Shown here piece after piece: positions 10,703 to 21,938 of a stretch of DNA of 64,000 nt; within the stretch, counting starts at the first letter, position 1; every line of letters starts with the position of its first letter. Source of the stretch: Camelus dromedarius (lineage: Eukaryota); NCBI RefSeq assembly GCF_036321535.1, contig NC_087436.1, forward strand, positions 67,148,001 through 67,212,000, read 5' to 3'. A program made the position numbers and the translations under genes. The notes under the pieces are model-generated. The model was given only the letters and a program-made list of their open reading frames with translations. It did not search any database and was not told the DNA's origin.

Positions 10703-13700
10703 TTTAAACATTTTTTATTGATTTATAATAATTTTACAATTTTGTGTCAAATTCCAGTGTAGAGCCCAATTTTTCAATTATACATGAACATATATATATT
10801 CATTGTCACATTTTTTTCTCTGTGAGTACCACAAGAACTTGTATATATTTCCCTGTGCTATACAGTATAATCTTGTTTATCTATTCTACATTTTGAAATC
10901 CCAGTCTATCCCTACCCACCCCCACCCCCTTGGCAACCACAAGTTTGTATTCTGTGTCTATGAATCTGTTTCTGTTTTGTATTTCTGTTTTGTTTGTTTT
11001 GTTTGTTTATTTATTTATTTTTAGACTCCATATATGAGTGATATCATATATATTTTTCTTTCTCTTTCTGGCTTACTTCACTTAAAATGTATTCTCCAGG
11101 AGCATCCATGTTGCTGCAAATGGCGTTATGTTGTCGGTTTTTATGGCTGAGTAGCATTCCATTGTATAAATATACCACTTCTTCTTTATCCAGTCATCTG
11201 TTGATGGACATTTAAGCTGTTTCCATATCTTGGCTATTGTAAATAGTACTGCTATGAACATTGGGATGCAGGTGTCATTTTGAAGTAGGGTTCCTTTTGG
11301 ATATGTGCCCAGGAACGGGATTCCTGGGTCATATGATAAGTCTATTCTTAGTCTTTTGAGGAATCTCCATGCTGTTTTCCACAGTGGCTGCACCAAACTG
11401 CATTCCCACCAGCAGTGTAAGAGGGTTCCCTTTTCTCCACAGCCACTCCAGCATTTGTCATTTGTGGATTTATGAATGATGGCCATTCTAACTGGTATGA
11501 GGTGATACCTCATTGTAGTTTTGATTTGCATTTCTCTGATAATTAGTGATATTGAGCATTTTTTCATGTGCCTTTTGATCATTTGTATGTCTTCCTTGGA
11601 GAATTGCTTGTTTAGGTCTTCTGCCCATTTTTGGATTGGGTTGTTTGCTTTTTTCTTAGTAAGTCGTATGAGCTGCTTATATATTCTGGAGATCAAGCCT
11701 TTGTCGGTTTCATTTGCAAAAATGTTCTCCCATTCCATAGGTTCTCTTTTTGTTTTCCTTATGGTTTCCTTTGCTGTGCAGGAGCTTGTAAGTTTCATTA
11801 GGTCCCATTAGTTTATTCTTGCTTTTATTTCTATTGCTTGAGTAGACTGTTCTAGGAGAACATTTTTGAGATGTATGTCACATAATGTTTCGCCTATATT
11901 TTCTTCAAGGAGGTTTATTGTATCTTGTCTTACGTTTAAGTCTTTGATCCATTTTGAGTTTATTTTTGTGTATGGTATAAGGGAGTGTTCTAGCTTCATT
12001 GTTTTACATGCTGCTATCCAGTTTTCCCAATACCGTTTGCTGAAGAGACTGCCTATATTCCATTGTATATTCTTGCCTCCTTTGTCGAAGATTAGTTGCT
12101 CAAAAGTTTGTGGGTTAATTTCTGGGCTCTCTGTTCTGTTCCATTGGTCTGTATGTCTGTTTTTGTACCAATACCATGCTGTCTTGATGACTGTAGCTCC
12201 ATAGTATTGTCTGAAGTCTGGGATTGTTATTCCTCCAGCCTCTTTCTTTCTCTTCAGTAATGCTTGGTAATTCTAGGTCTTTGATGGTTCCATATAAATT
12301 TTACTATGATTTGTTCTAGTTCTGTGAAATATGTCCTGGGTAATTGGATAGGGATTGCATTAAATCTGTAGATGGCCTTGGGCAGTGTGACCATTTTAAC
12401 AATATTGATTCTTCCAATCCAGGAGCATGAGATATCTTTCCATTTTTTAAAGTCTTCTTTAATTTCCTTCATCAATGGTTTCTAGTTTTCCGTGTATAAT
12501 CCTTTCACCTCCTTGGTTAGATTTATTCCCAGATATTTTATTACTTTGGGTGTTATTTTAAAGGGGATTGTTTCTTTACTTTCTTTTTCTGTTGATTCAT
12601 CGCTAGTGTAAAGAAATGCAACTGATTTTTGAATGTTAATCTTGTAACCTGCTACCTTGCTGAATTCTTCGATCAGCTCTAGTAGTTTTTGTGTGGACCT
12701 TTTACAGTTTTCTATGTATAGTAATATGTCGTCGGCATATAGTGACACTTTTACGTCTTCTTTTCCAATTTGGATCCCTTTTATTTCTCTCTCTTGCCTG
12801 ATTGCTGTGGCTAGGACTTCCAAGATGTTGTTGAATAGGAGTGGTGATAGTGGGCATCCTTGTCTTGTCCCAGATTTTAGTGGGAAGCTTTTGAGTTTTT
12901 CACCGTTGAGTACTATGCTGGCTGTAGGTTTGTCATTTAGAGCTTTTATTATGTTGATATACGTTCCCTCTATACCCACTTTGGTGAGATTTTTTATCAT
13001 AAATGGGTGTTGAATTTTATCAAATGCTTTTTCTGCATCTATTGAGATGATCATGTGGTTTTTGTCCTTTCTCTTTGATGTGTTGTATTACATTGATAGA
13101 TTTGTGTATGTTGAACCACCCTTGTGTCCCTGGGATGAACCCCACTTGGTCATGATGTCTATTCTTTTTTATGTGCTGTTGGATTTTATTTGCTAATATT
13201 TTGGTGAGGATTTTGGCATCTACATTCGTCAGTGATGTTGGCCTACAGTTCTCTTTTTTGGTAGTATCTTTGCCTGGTTTTGGTATCAGGGTGATGGTGG
13301 CTTCGTAGAATGAGTTTAGGAGTATTCCCTCCTTTTCAATCTTCTGGAAGAGTTTGAGAAGGACTGGTATGAGTTCTTCTTTGTATGTTTGGTAGAATTC
13401 CCCGGTGAAGCCATCCGGTCCTGGACTTTTATTTGTAGGGAGGTTTTTTTATTGCTAATTCGATTTCATTTCTAGTGATCTGTTTGTTGAAGTGGTCAGT
13501 TTCTTCTTGGTTCAGTCTTGGTGGACTGTGTTTCCAGAAATTTGTCCATCTCCTCTAGGTTATCCATTTTGGTTCCATATAGTTTTTCATAATATTCTCA
13601 TATGATATTCTGTATTTCTATGTCACTTGTTGTAATTTCTCCATTTTCCTTTCTTACTTTGCTTATTTGTATTCTCTTTTCTTCTTTGTGAGTTTGACCA

Positions 13701-14153
13701 GAGGTTTGTTGATTTTATTTACTTTTTCAAAACATCAGCTTTTGGTTTTATTGATTTTTTTTCTATATTTTTTTAATCTCTGTTTTGTTTATTTCCTCCC
13801 TGATCTTTATTATTTCCTTCCTTCTCCTACCTTTTGGGGTTTTTTGCTCTTCTTTTTCTAATTCTTTTAGTTGGTAGGTTAAATTGTTTATTTGAGATTG
13901 TTCTTTTTTGAGGAAGGTCTGTATCGCTATAAACTTCCCTCTTAGCACTGTGACCCATAAATTTTGTGTGGTTGTGTTTTCATTTTCTTTTGTCTCAAGG
14001 TTTTTTTTTAATTTCAACTTTGATTTCTTCGTTGACCCACTGGTTTTTTTTAACAGCATGTTGTTTAATCTCCATGCTTTCCTTTTTTTCTCCTTTGTTT
14101 CTCTGTAGTTGATTTCTAGTTTCATGGCATTTTGTTCAGTAAAGATGCTTGAG
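10703..14153 (-). mobile_element. Young 5'-truncated L1 (~3.45 kb) with 13-15 bp target-site duplication
   Basis: TSD atttgttgtcttttt at 10688-10702 and 14154-14168. ORF2 fragments include RT 'YADD' (12482-13054) and the C-terminal Cys-rich motif [14 protein letters not shown] (11082-11798). Nearly identical to the L1 at 21616-28705. Confidence 0.96.
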
Positions 14154-17100
14154 ATTTGTTGTCTTTTTGATGATAGCCATTCTGACATTTGTGATGTGGT
14201 ATCTCATTGTGGTTTTGATTTGCATTTCCCTGATAATTAGGGATATTAAAAATCATCTTATCTGTCTGTTGTCCATCTATATGTTTTCCTTGGGAAAATG
14301 TCTGTTAGGGTCCGCCATTTATTTTTTATTTAGGTTCTTTGTTTTTCTGAAGCTGAGTTATATGATTTTTTGTATATTCTGAATAGTAACACCTTATCAA
14401 ATATATTGTCTGTAAATATCTTCTCCCATTCAGTAGTCTGCCTTTTTTTTAAATAGTTTACTTCACTGTACAAAACCTTTTTAGTTTGATGTGGTCCTGT
14501 TTGTTTATTTTTGCTTTTCTTTCCCTGGCCTGAGGAGACAAGTGCAAAAAAAAATATTTCTAAGGCTGATGTCAAGGAGAACATAGCCTATGTTTTCTTC
14601 TAGGAGTTTTATGATTTCAGGTCTCAGATTTAAGTCTTCAGTCATTTTATACTTATTTTCGTATATAGTGTGAGAAAATAGTTCAGTTTGATTTTTTTTT
14701 TAATGTAGCTGTTTAGTTTTCCCAATGCCATTTAGTTAAGAGGCTGTCTTTTCCCTATTTTATGTTCTTGCCTACCTTGTGATCGATTAATTGACCATAT
14801 AAGAATGAGTTTGAGTGTCTTTATTCTGCTCCTTTCATCTATATGTCTAGTACTGGTTTGATTACTGTGTCTTTGTAGTATAGTTTGAAATAATGAAGTG
14901 TGGTATTTCCAACTTTGTTCTTCATTCTTAAGGTTGCTTTGACTTTGAGTTCTTTTGTGTCTCCATACAAATCTGACAATTATTCTCATTCTGTGAAAAA
15001 TGCTGTAGGTATTTTAATAGGAATTGTGTTACAGCTGTAGATTGCCTTGAGAAGTATGGTCATTTTGACTAATTCTTCAAGCCCATGAGCACAGTGTATC
15101 TTTCCATTTCTTTATGTTTTCTTCAGCTTATTTCATTAATGTCTTATAGTGTAAAGAATATAAGTTTTTTATTTCCTTGGTTAGATTTATTTCTAGATAT
15201 TTTATTCTTTTTCTCTAAATGTAAATGGGATTGTTTTCTCTATCTCTCTTTCTGATAATTCACTATTAGTGAATAGAATACTACAGATTTTTGCATATTA
15301 ATTTTGTTTTCTGCAAATTTACTGAATTTATTAATTAGTTCTAATAAATTTTTGGTGGCATCTTTAGGATACTATATATAGTATCATGTCATCTGTAAAC
15401 AGTGACAGTTTTACTTCTTTCTTTCCAATTTGGATTCCTTTTATTTCTTTTTCTTGTCTGCTGTGGGTGGAACTTCCAATACTATGTTTAATAAAAATGG
15501 CAAGAGTGGGCATCTTTGTCTTGTTACTTATCTTAGAGGAAATACTTTCAGGTATTCACTGTTGAATATGATATTGGCTGTAGTTTTGTCATACATGGTC
15601 TTTATCATATTAAGGTATGTTCCCTCTATATCCACTTTTTTGAGAGTTTTTATTGTGATTTTATGTTGAATTTGGTTAATTGCTTTTCCTTCATCTATTA
15701 AGTTGATCATATAATTTTTGTTCTTCGATTTGTTAATGTGTTGTATCACATTGATTAATTTGTACATACTGAGCGATCTTGCATCCCTGGAATAAATCCT
15801 GCTTGATCATTGTATATGGTCTTTTTAATGTATTTCTGAATTTGATTTGCTATTGTTTTTTGAGAATTTTTGTATCTATGTTCATCAGTGATATTGGCCT
15901 GTAATTGTGTGTGTGTGTGTGTGTGTATGTGCTTGGTAAATTTCAATTTTCTTAAGCTTAATTTCCCATCTTCTTGCTTTGTGGCCTAGCATGTGATTTA
16001 CTCTGGAAAATGTTTCATGTGCACTTGAAAAGAATGTGCATGCCACTGATTTTGGATGAAATGTATTGTATATATCTATTTGAACCAGTGTGGTGTTTAA
16101 TGTGGTTGCTTCCTTTTCTGATTTGCTGTCTGTATTATCTGTCCATTAATGTAAATAGGCTGTTAAAGTCTCCTACTATTATTGCATTACTGTTAATTTC
16201 CCCTTTATTGTTGCTAATATTTGGCTTACATATTTAGTTGCTTCTATTTTGGGTGCATTGATACTTAAAAATTGTTATATCTTCTTGTTAGATTGATCTC
16301 TTTATCATTATGTAATTTCCTTCTATGCCTCTTATCATAGTCTTTGTTTTGAAGTGTATTTTGCGAGTTTAAGTATTGCTACCTAGCTTTCTTTTTTGTG
16401 TATATTTACCTGTAATACGTTTTTTCCTCCCCTCCCTTTCAGTTTGTGTGTGTCTTTAGATCTGAAGTGAGTCTCTTATAGGCAGCATATATATGGGTCT
16501 TGATTTTTGTATCCATTCAGCCACTCTGTGTCTTTTGATTGAAGCATTTAGTCCATTTACATTTAAGGTGATTATTAATAGGTATGTACTGATTGCCATC
16601 TTGTTCATTGTTTTCTGTTTGTTTTTGTAGTTCTTTTTTGTTTTTTTCTTCCTTTTCTCTTTGCCATCTTCCCTTGTGATTTGATGACTATCTGTGGTGT
16701 TATACTTGGATTCCTTTCTCTTTTTTGTGTGTGTACCTATTGTAAGTGTTTGGTTTGTGATTACCGTGAGGTTCATATATAACAACCTGTATTTATATGT
16801 GATTATTTTAATTTAATGATCTTTTAAGTTTGAATACATTCTAACAACCCTGCATTTTCACTCCCTTCCAGATGTTTAATGTTTTTGACATATTTTACAT
16901 GTTTTTGCTTTGTTCATCCCTTAACTACTTATCATGGATAGAGGTAATTTTATTCCTTATGTTTTTCAACCTTCCTACTAGTTTCATAAGTGGTTGATAT
17001 TCTACCTTCACTGTATATTTGCCTTTACCGATGAGATTTTTCCTTTCATACTTTTCGTAATTTTGTTTGTGGCCCTTTATTTTCCATTTAGTGAAGTTCC

Positions 17101-19244
17101 TTTAACATTTCTTGTAAAGCTAGCATAGTGGTGCTGAGTTCTTTCTTTGCATTTTTGCTTGTCTGTGAAACTCTTTATCTCTCCTTCAAATGTGAATGAT
17201 GGCTTTGACAAGTAGAATATTCTTGGTTGTAGATTTTTTTCCTTTCATCACATTGAATATATTGTGCCACTACTTTCTGGCCTGCATAGTTTTTGCTGAA
17301 AAGTCACCTGATCTGATTGTCTTATGGGAGTTACTTGGTAAGTAACTAGTTGCTTTTAAGCTTCTTTCTTCATCTTTTATTTTTTGCCATTTTTAATTAT
17401 TAAGTATCTTTGTATGGAGCTTTTTGCATTATCTTGTTTGGTACTCTGTGCTTTCTGAAGCCAGATCTATTTTCCTTTTCCAGGTTTTGGAAGTTTTCAG
17501 CTGTTGTTTCTTCATATAAATCCTCTACCTCTTTCTCTCTCTCTTCTCTGAAACCCCTGAAATGCAAGTGTTAATGTGCTTGATGTTGTCTCACAGAAAT
17601 CACTGATACATTTCTCTGTTTCATCTCATCTGCTGATTCCTTCTGGTGTATTTTTTTTTTATTTCAGTTATTGAATTATTCATCTCTGTTTGTTTATTCT
17701 TTGTATTTTCTGACTCTTTGTTGAAATTATCGTCTATTCTTCTGTGTTCATTGGGTACCTTTATGATCATTAGCTTGAACTGTTTATTGAGTAGATTGCT
17801 TATTTTCTCTTTGTTAAGTTATTTTCTGTGGTTCCAGCTTGCTTCTTCATTTGAAACATATTCCTTGGTCTCCTCCTTTTGCTTAATTCTCTGGGCTTAT
17901 TTGTTCACATTAGGTATGTCACTTGCATTTCCTGGTCTTGAAGATGTGGCCATATTTAGGAGATGTCTTATGTAGTCCAACGACATGCTCCCATTTGGTC
18001 CCCAGAGCCGTATGTTCTAGAGGTGCCCCTATGTGAGCTGTATGTACCCTTCTCCTGTGGTGGGGCCAACTACTGTGGGTGTGCTGATAAGTGGGGCTGG
18101 TCACAGGCCTAGGTGGCTGTGAGAACCTGCTTTGTACTGTGGCTGTAGGCCCTCAGTAGGGCAGGTAGACTTCCCATAGGTTGGCTGCATGGCTTAGTGC
18201 TGTGTGGCTGTTGTGGATCTGGTAGAATGTGAGTCTGGGTCACTACATGACTGGCTTTGTGGCATAGGGCTGCTGCCAGCCCTCTGGTGAATGGGGCTAT
18301 GTCCTCATGTGGCTCAGACTTCTTAAGCACACTTTCCTTTTAATTTTTGTTACTTATTTTACTCTCTTCTTCTTGAATTTCATGTATCATTTTATTTCTA
18401 ACTTTTTTGTGATATTTGATATGTTGTATGGTAGTTTATAATTAAATAAATAAAGTTTTTAGCTATGTGTTTGATAGAAAAATATTTGAACAGTATTCCT
18501 AGGTCTTAGATACCCAAAAGACTACCAGCCAACCTGCTGGACACTTGATGTGTACTTCTACCACTGAATTAAAATTTTTGCTGGTTACTTACTGGAGCTT
18601 CGGCCCCAAATCACTATGTATTTCCATTATCTCGTAATTCTCACTAAGCTTTGATTAAACCATGAGGAATATTATTGGCCCTTAGGATAAGACTGATATA
18701 AAACTAAACTTAAATAATATTTTCCTTGAGTTCTTATCTTTATAACTTACATTTCCACTTGGACATTTAATGTCTGAAAAGGAAAAAGAGGAAGCACGAG
18801 GCTATCAGACTACACAGCCTCACTAGGAAAAGAACCTGAAAAAATAGCAACACAAAACATTGCAAAGAACTATCTCATTGCAAAACACCACCAAAGTCAA
18901 GCCAAAAACATACTGCTCTCTTTGAGGAGCCCAGATCTAGTAATGAAGAACAACACTCATGCTGTGATCCATGTGACAATTCTTTCTTTGTAAGTGGAGA
19001 GGAAGGGAGAGGACTTGCATTCTTCCTTGAGGGTAGAATACTTCACTTAAACTCTTCTACATGGAATTTCTTCCTTTTTACTTCAAACTCTGCACTTAGC
19101 ACAAAAGCATAGCTTTCCCTTGAGACAGGATAGCACATCCTCAGAAATCTTTTGCCCACATCTTCACAACACTAATCCTTTGTACCGTTCCTGTGTTTCA
19201 ACATAGTATTAATAGGATGGGCAGCTCAACACCCCAAGATTTTA

Positions 19245-19533
19245 CGGGCACATCATTTTATTATTATTTGCTTTATTGCACTTTACAGATACTATATTTT
19301 TTATAAATTAAAGGGTTTTGATAATCTTGCATTGTCAGATGAAGGTTAACAATTTTTAGGAATAAAATATTTTTAAAATTAATTAAAAAATTTAGACGTG
19401 TTATTGCACACTTAATAGACTATAGTATAATATAAACATAAGTTATATTTTCACTAGGAAACAGCTTTATTGCTGCATTCACTTTATTGCAGTGGTCTGT
19501 AACTAAATTCACCATATCTCCAAGTTATGCCTG
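19245..19533. mobile_element. Tigger1-derived MITE (Tigger1a_Art-like)
   Basis: Termini cgggcacatc... and ...agttatgcctg flanked by TA (19243-44, 19534-35); internal ctttattgcactttacagatact and ctttattgcagtggtctg Tigger1 motifs. Confidence 0.8.
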
Positions 19534-19939
19534 TATATGATTTCTTGTAGATGTTGCCCTATATACATCTAAAATTTATCAGGACATTACTAAATTTAAG
19601 TATACCCCAGGGACACATTAAATATTTTTGCCAAGAATGTACACTGTGGCCCAGTTCCCTTCTCAAATTATGCATAGGTGTAGCCAGATTTGCCTGATGG
19701 TACAATGCACATCTTAAAATAAATTGACCAATAATACACAGTTTCAGTAATATAAAATATGCAAAATTTATCCTCATTAACTTAAATTTTATCAATATTA
19801 AGACAACTTAGTCTTTTAGAGAAAGTAAACTTCCTGAGTTAAAAAAATGCATTCCTTTTACCTTATTTCTTCCTTTTCTGCTTATCCTGGCCAAATGTCT
19901 TATTGGATGAATAATTCTTAACTCACTTTTTGAAACACA

Positions 19940-20088
19940 TTTTTTAAAATTTATAGTCAGTTTACAATGTTGTGTCAATTTCTTGTGTACAGCACAACTT
20001 TTCAGTCACACATATTCATGTTCATATTCATATTCTTGTTTCACCATGAGCTACTACAACATCTTGTATATTTTTCCCTGTGCTATAC
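19940..20088 (-). mobile_element. Short L1 3'-end fragment
   Basis: tttacaatgttgtgtcaatttc...tatattttccctgtgctatac, homologous to the 3'UTR of the young L1s in this window. Confidence 0.8.
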
Positions 20089-20094
20089 CATATA

Positions 20095-21125
20095 GAGACA
20101 TGTATCTCTGACCCTCAACTATCAAAGTTATTACAAGAAAGAGAAAATGAAGGCCAATAACTTCCATGAACCTTGATGCAAAAATCCTATAACAAATATT
20201 ACCACTCCTAATCAAGAATGTAAAATTAACTTTTGTTAGACAGTGGTCAAGATAATTTACCATTTTAACAAAATAATAGCAAAAAGTTATAGGACTATTT
20301 TAAGATGCAGAAAATAAATTAATAGAAGTTAACACTTTATAATAAAAAATTTTACTAAAGCAGGAATAGGTGAGAACTTCCTTAACCTCATAAAGGATAA
20401 CTAACAACAGTGAGAAGAGGAAAACAAATACTACAGCAAGCATCATGAGTTGAAGGATTTTCCTTGGAAATGGGCTTTTCTTTTGACTGTGGATTTTTAC
20501 TATCAACACGTATATTTAACATTTGATCATTATTTCCAGCCATACAATAAGGTAAAATAAATAAATAAATGGTGTACATATCAGAAAGGGAGAAGTAATA
20601 GGTCATTGTTCATGATTGACATGACTTTTTAATGCAGTAAGCCCAAAAGAAAACACTGATTAACTACTGTAATTAATAAGTGAATTAGTAAGTTTTCTAG
20701 AAATAAATCTATTGTATTTACCTGTAAAAATGAGTAGAATATGAAATTCATAAAAATGTACAACTTAAAAATCACAAAATTTAAGTACTCACGAATAAAA
20801 CTAAAAATTAATTTGTATATTCACATATATAAATACAAATCAATATAGAGACAGTTTAAAGACAAACCTAAATGAGCATTATATCAGATTTTTGAACTAA
20901 ATTACTAGATACCATAACTACGTCAATTCTGCCCAAATTTTTTGAATATGTGATGTAATTCCAATCAACATACTAACAGTTTTTTTATTAAAATTGATAG
21001 GGTTGTCCTAAAATTCATATGTTGTTACAGAGGACAATGACTAGCTCAGAAAATATTGAAGAACAAATTGGGTGGACTTAAATTACCAGATATCAAGACT
21101 TAGAATAAGCTATATGAATTTTAAC
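20095..21125 (+). mobile_element. Ancient L1M ORF2 (RT region) fragment
   Basis: Degenerate 'aggccaataacttccatgaaccttgatgcaaaaatcct' ([13 protein letters not shown] region) and 'ttaccagatatcaagact' (LPDFK region). Confidence 0.7.
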
Positions 21126-21129
21126 AGTG

Positions 21130-21615
21130 TATTTCATTTTATCTCCATCTATGAATTATTATTTATACCTGTATTCCCTGTGGTTTAAGCTTTTATTAAT
21201 CAGGTCCCACCTTCAAATAATATTATACTTCTTTATGCCTACTATAGGAAACTTGCAACCTTATGCTTTCAGTTCATCTCTCTCATATTTTGTTTTATTG
21301 TTGTCACGCGTTTTACTGTTACATTTGTTATAAATACCAAAATATATTGTTAATATTTTTGCTTTATACACTAGTTTTAGAGTAATTAAAATAAGAAATA
21401 TGTTTTAAAAATATTTTCCTCTCTTTTCACCATTTACAGAGACCTTTATTTCTTTTCGTAAATTTATGCTTCTGTTCGGTATTATGTTTCTTCTTCCTAA
21501 ACAAGAGTCTTTAAGATTTATTATACTGGAAATGGTTTCTCTCAGATTTTCTTTGTCTCAAGAAAATCCTCATTTAATCATCTTAAATTCTGAAAGATAT
21601 TTTTGCTGATAGTTT
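21130..21615 (-). mobile_element. Ancient L1M ORF1-region remnant, the host of the full-length L1; resumes at 28714
   Basis: ctcagattttctttgtct...tgaaagatatttttgctg joins across the insertion to ...tttcagtacttaaa...tactgtcttctg, as in old L1 ORF1 antisense sequence. Confidence 0.6.
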
Positions 21616-21938
21616 CTTTTTTTTAAACATTTTTTATTCATTTATAATCATTTTACAATGTTGTGTCAAATTCCAGTGTTCAGCACAATTTTTCAGTTAT
21701 TCATGGACATATACACACTCATTGTCACATTTTTTTCTCTGTGAGTTATCATAACATTTTGTGTATATTTCCCTGTGCTATACAGTGTAGTCTATTCTAC
21801 AATTTTGAAATCCCAGTCTATCCCTTCCCACCCTCCACCCTCCTGGTAACCACAAGTCTGTATTCTCTGTCTGTGAGTCTATTTCTGTCCTTTATTTACG
21901 CTTTGTTTTTGTTTGTTTGTTTGTTTTTGTTTTTGTTT

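Larger units (their letters stand above)
9745..18330 (-). mobile_element. Older, decayed near-full-length L1, interrupted by a younger L1 (10703-14153) and carrying an internal ORF2 deletion
   Basis: 3'UTR at 9745-10080, ORF2 remnants at 10080-10700 and 14169-16599 (MAISTYLLIITLNVNGLN), inter-ORF region, ORF1 remnants ~17100-17900, GC-richer 5'UTR remnant ~17900-18330. Confidence 0.88.

Noticed and set aside
13763..14188. 141-aa ORF that looks like a novel N-terminus fused to L1 ORF2
   Set aside because: It reads across the insertion junction between two L1 copies; a chance chimera ending in a frameshift
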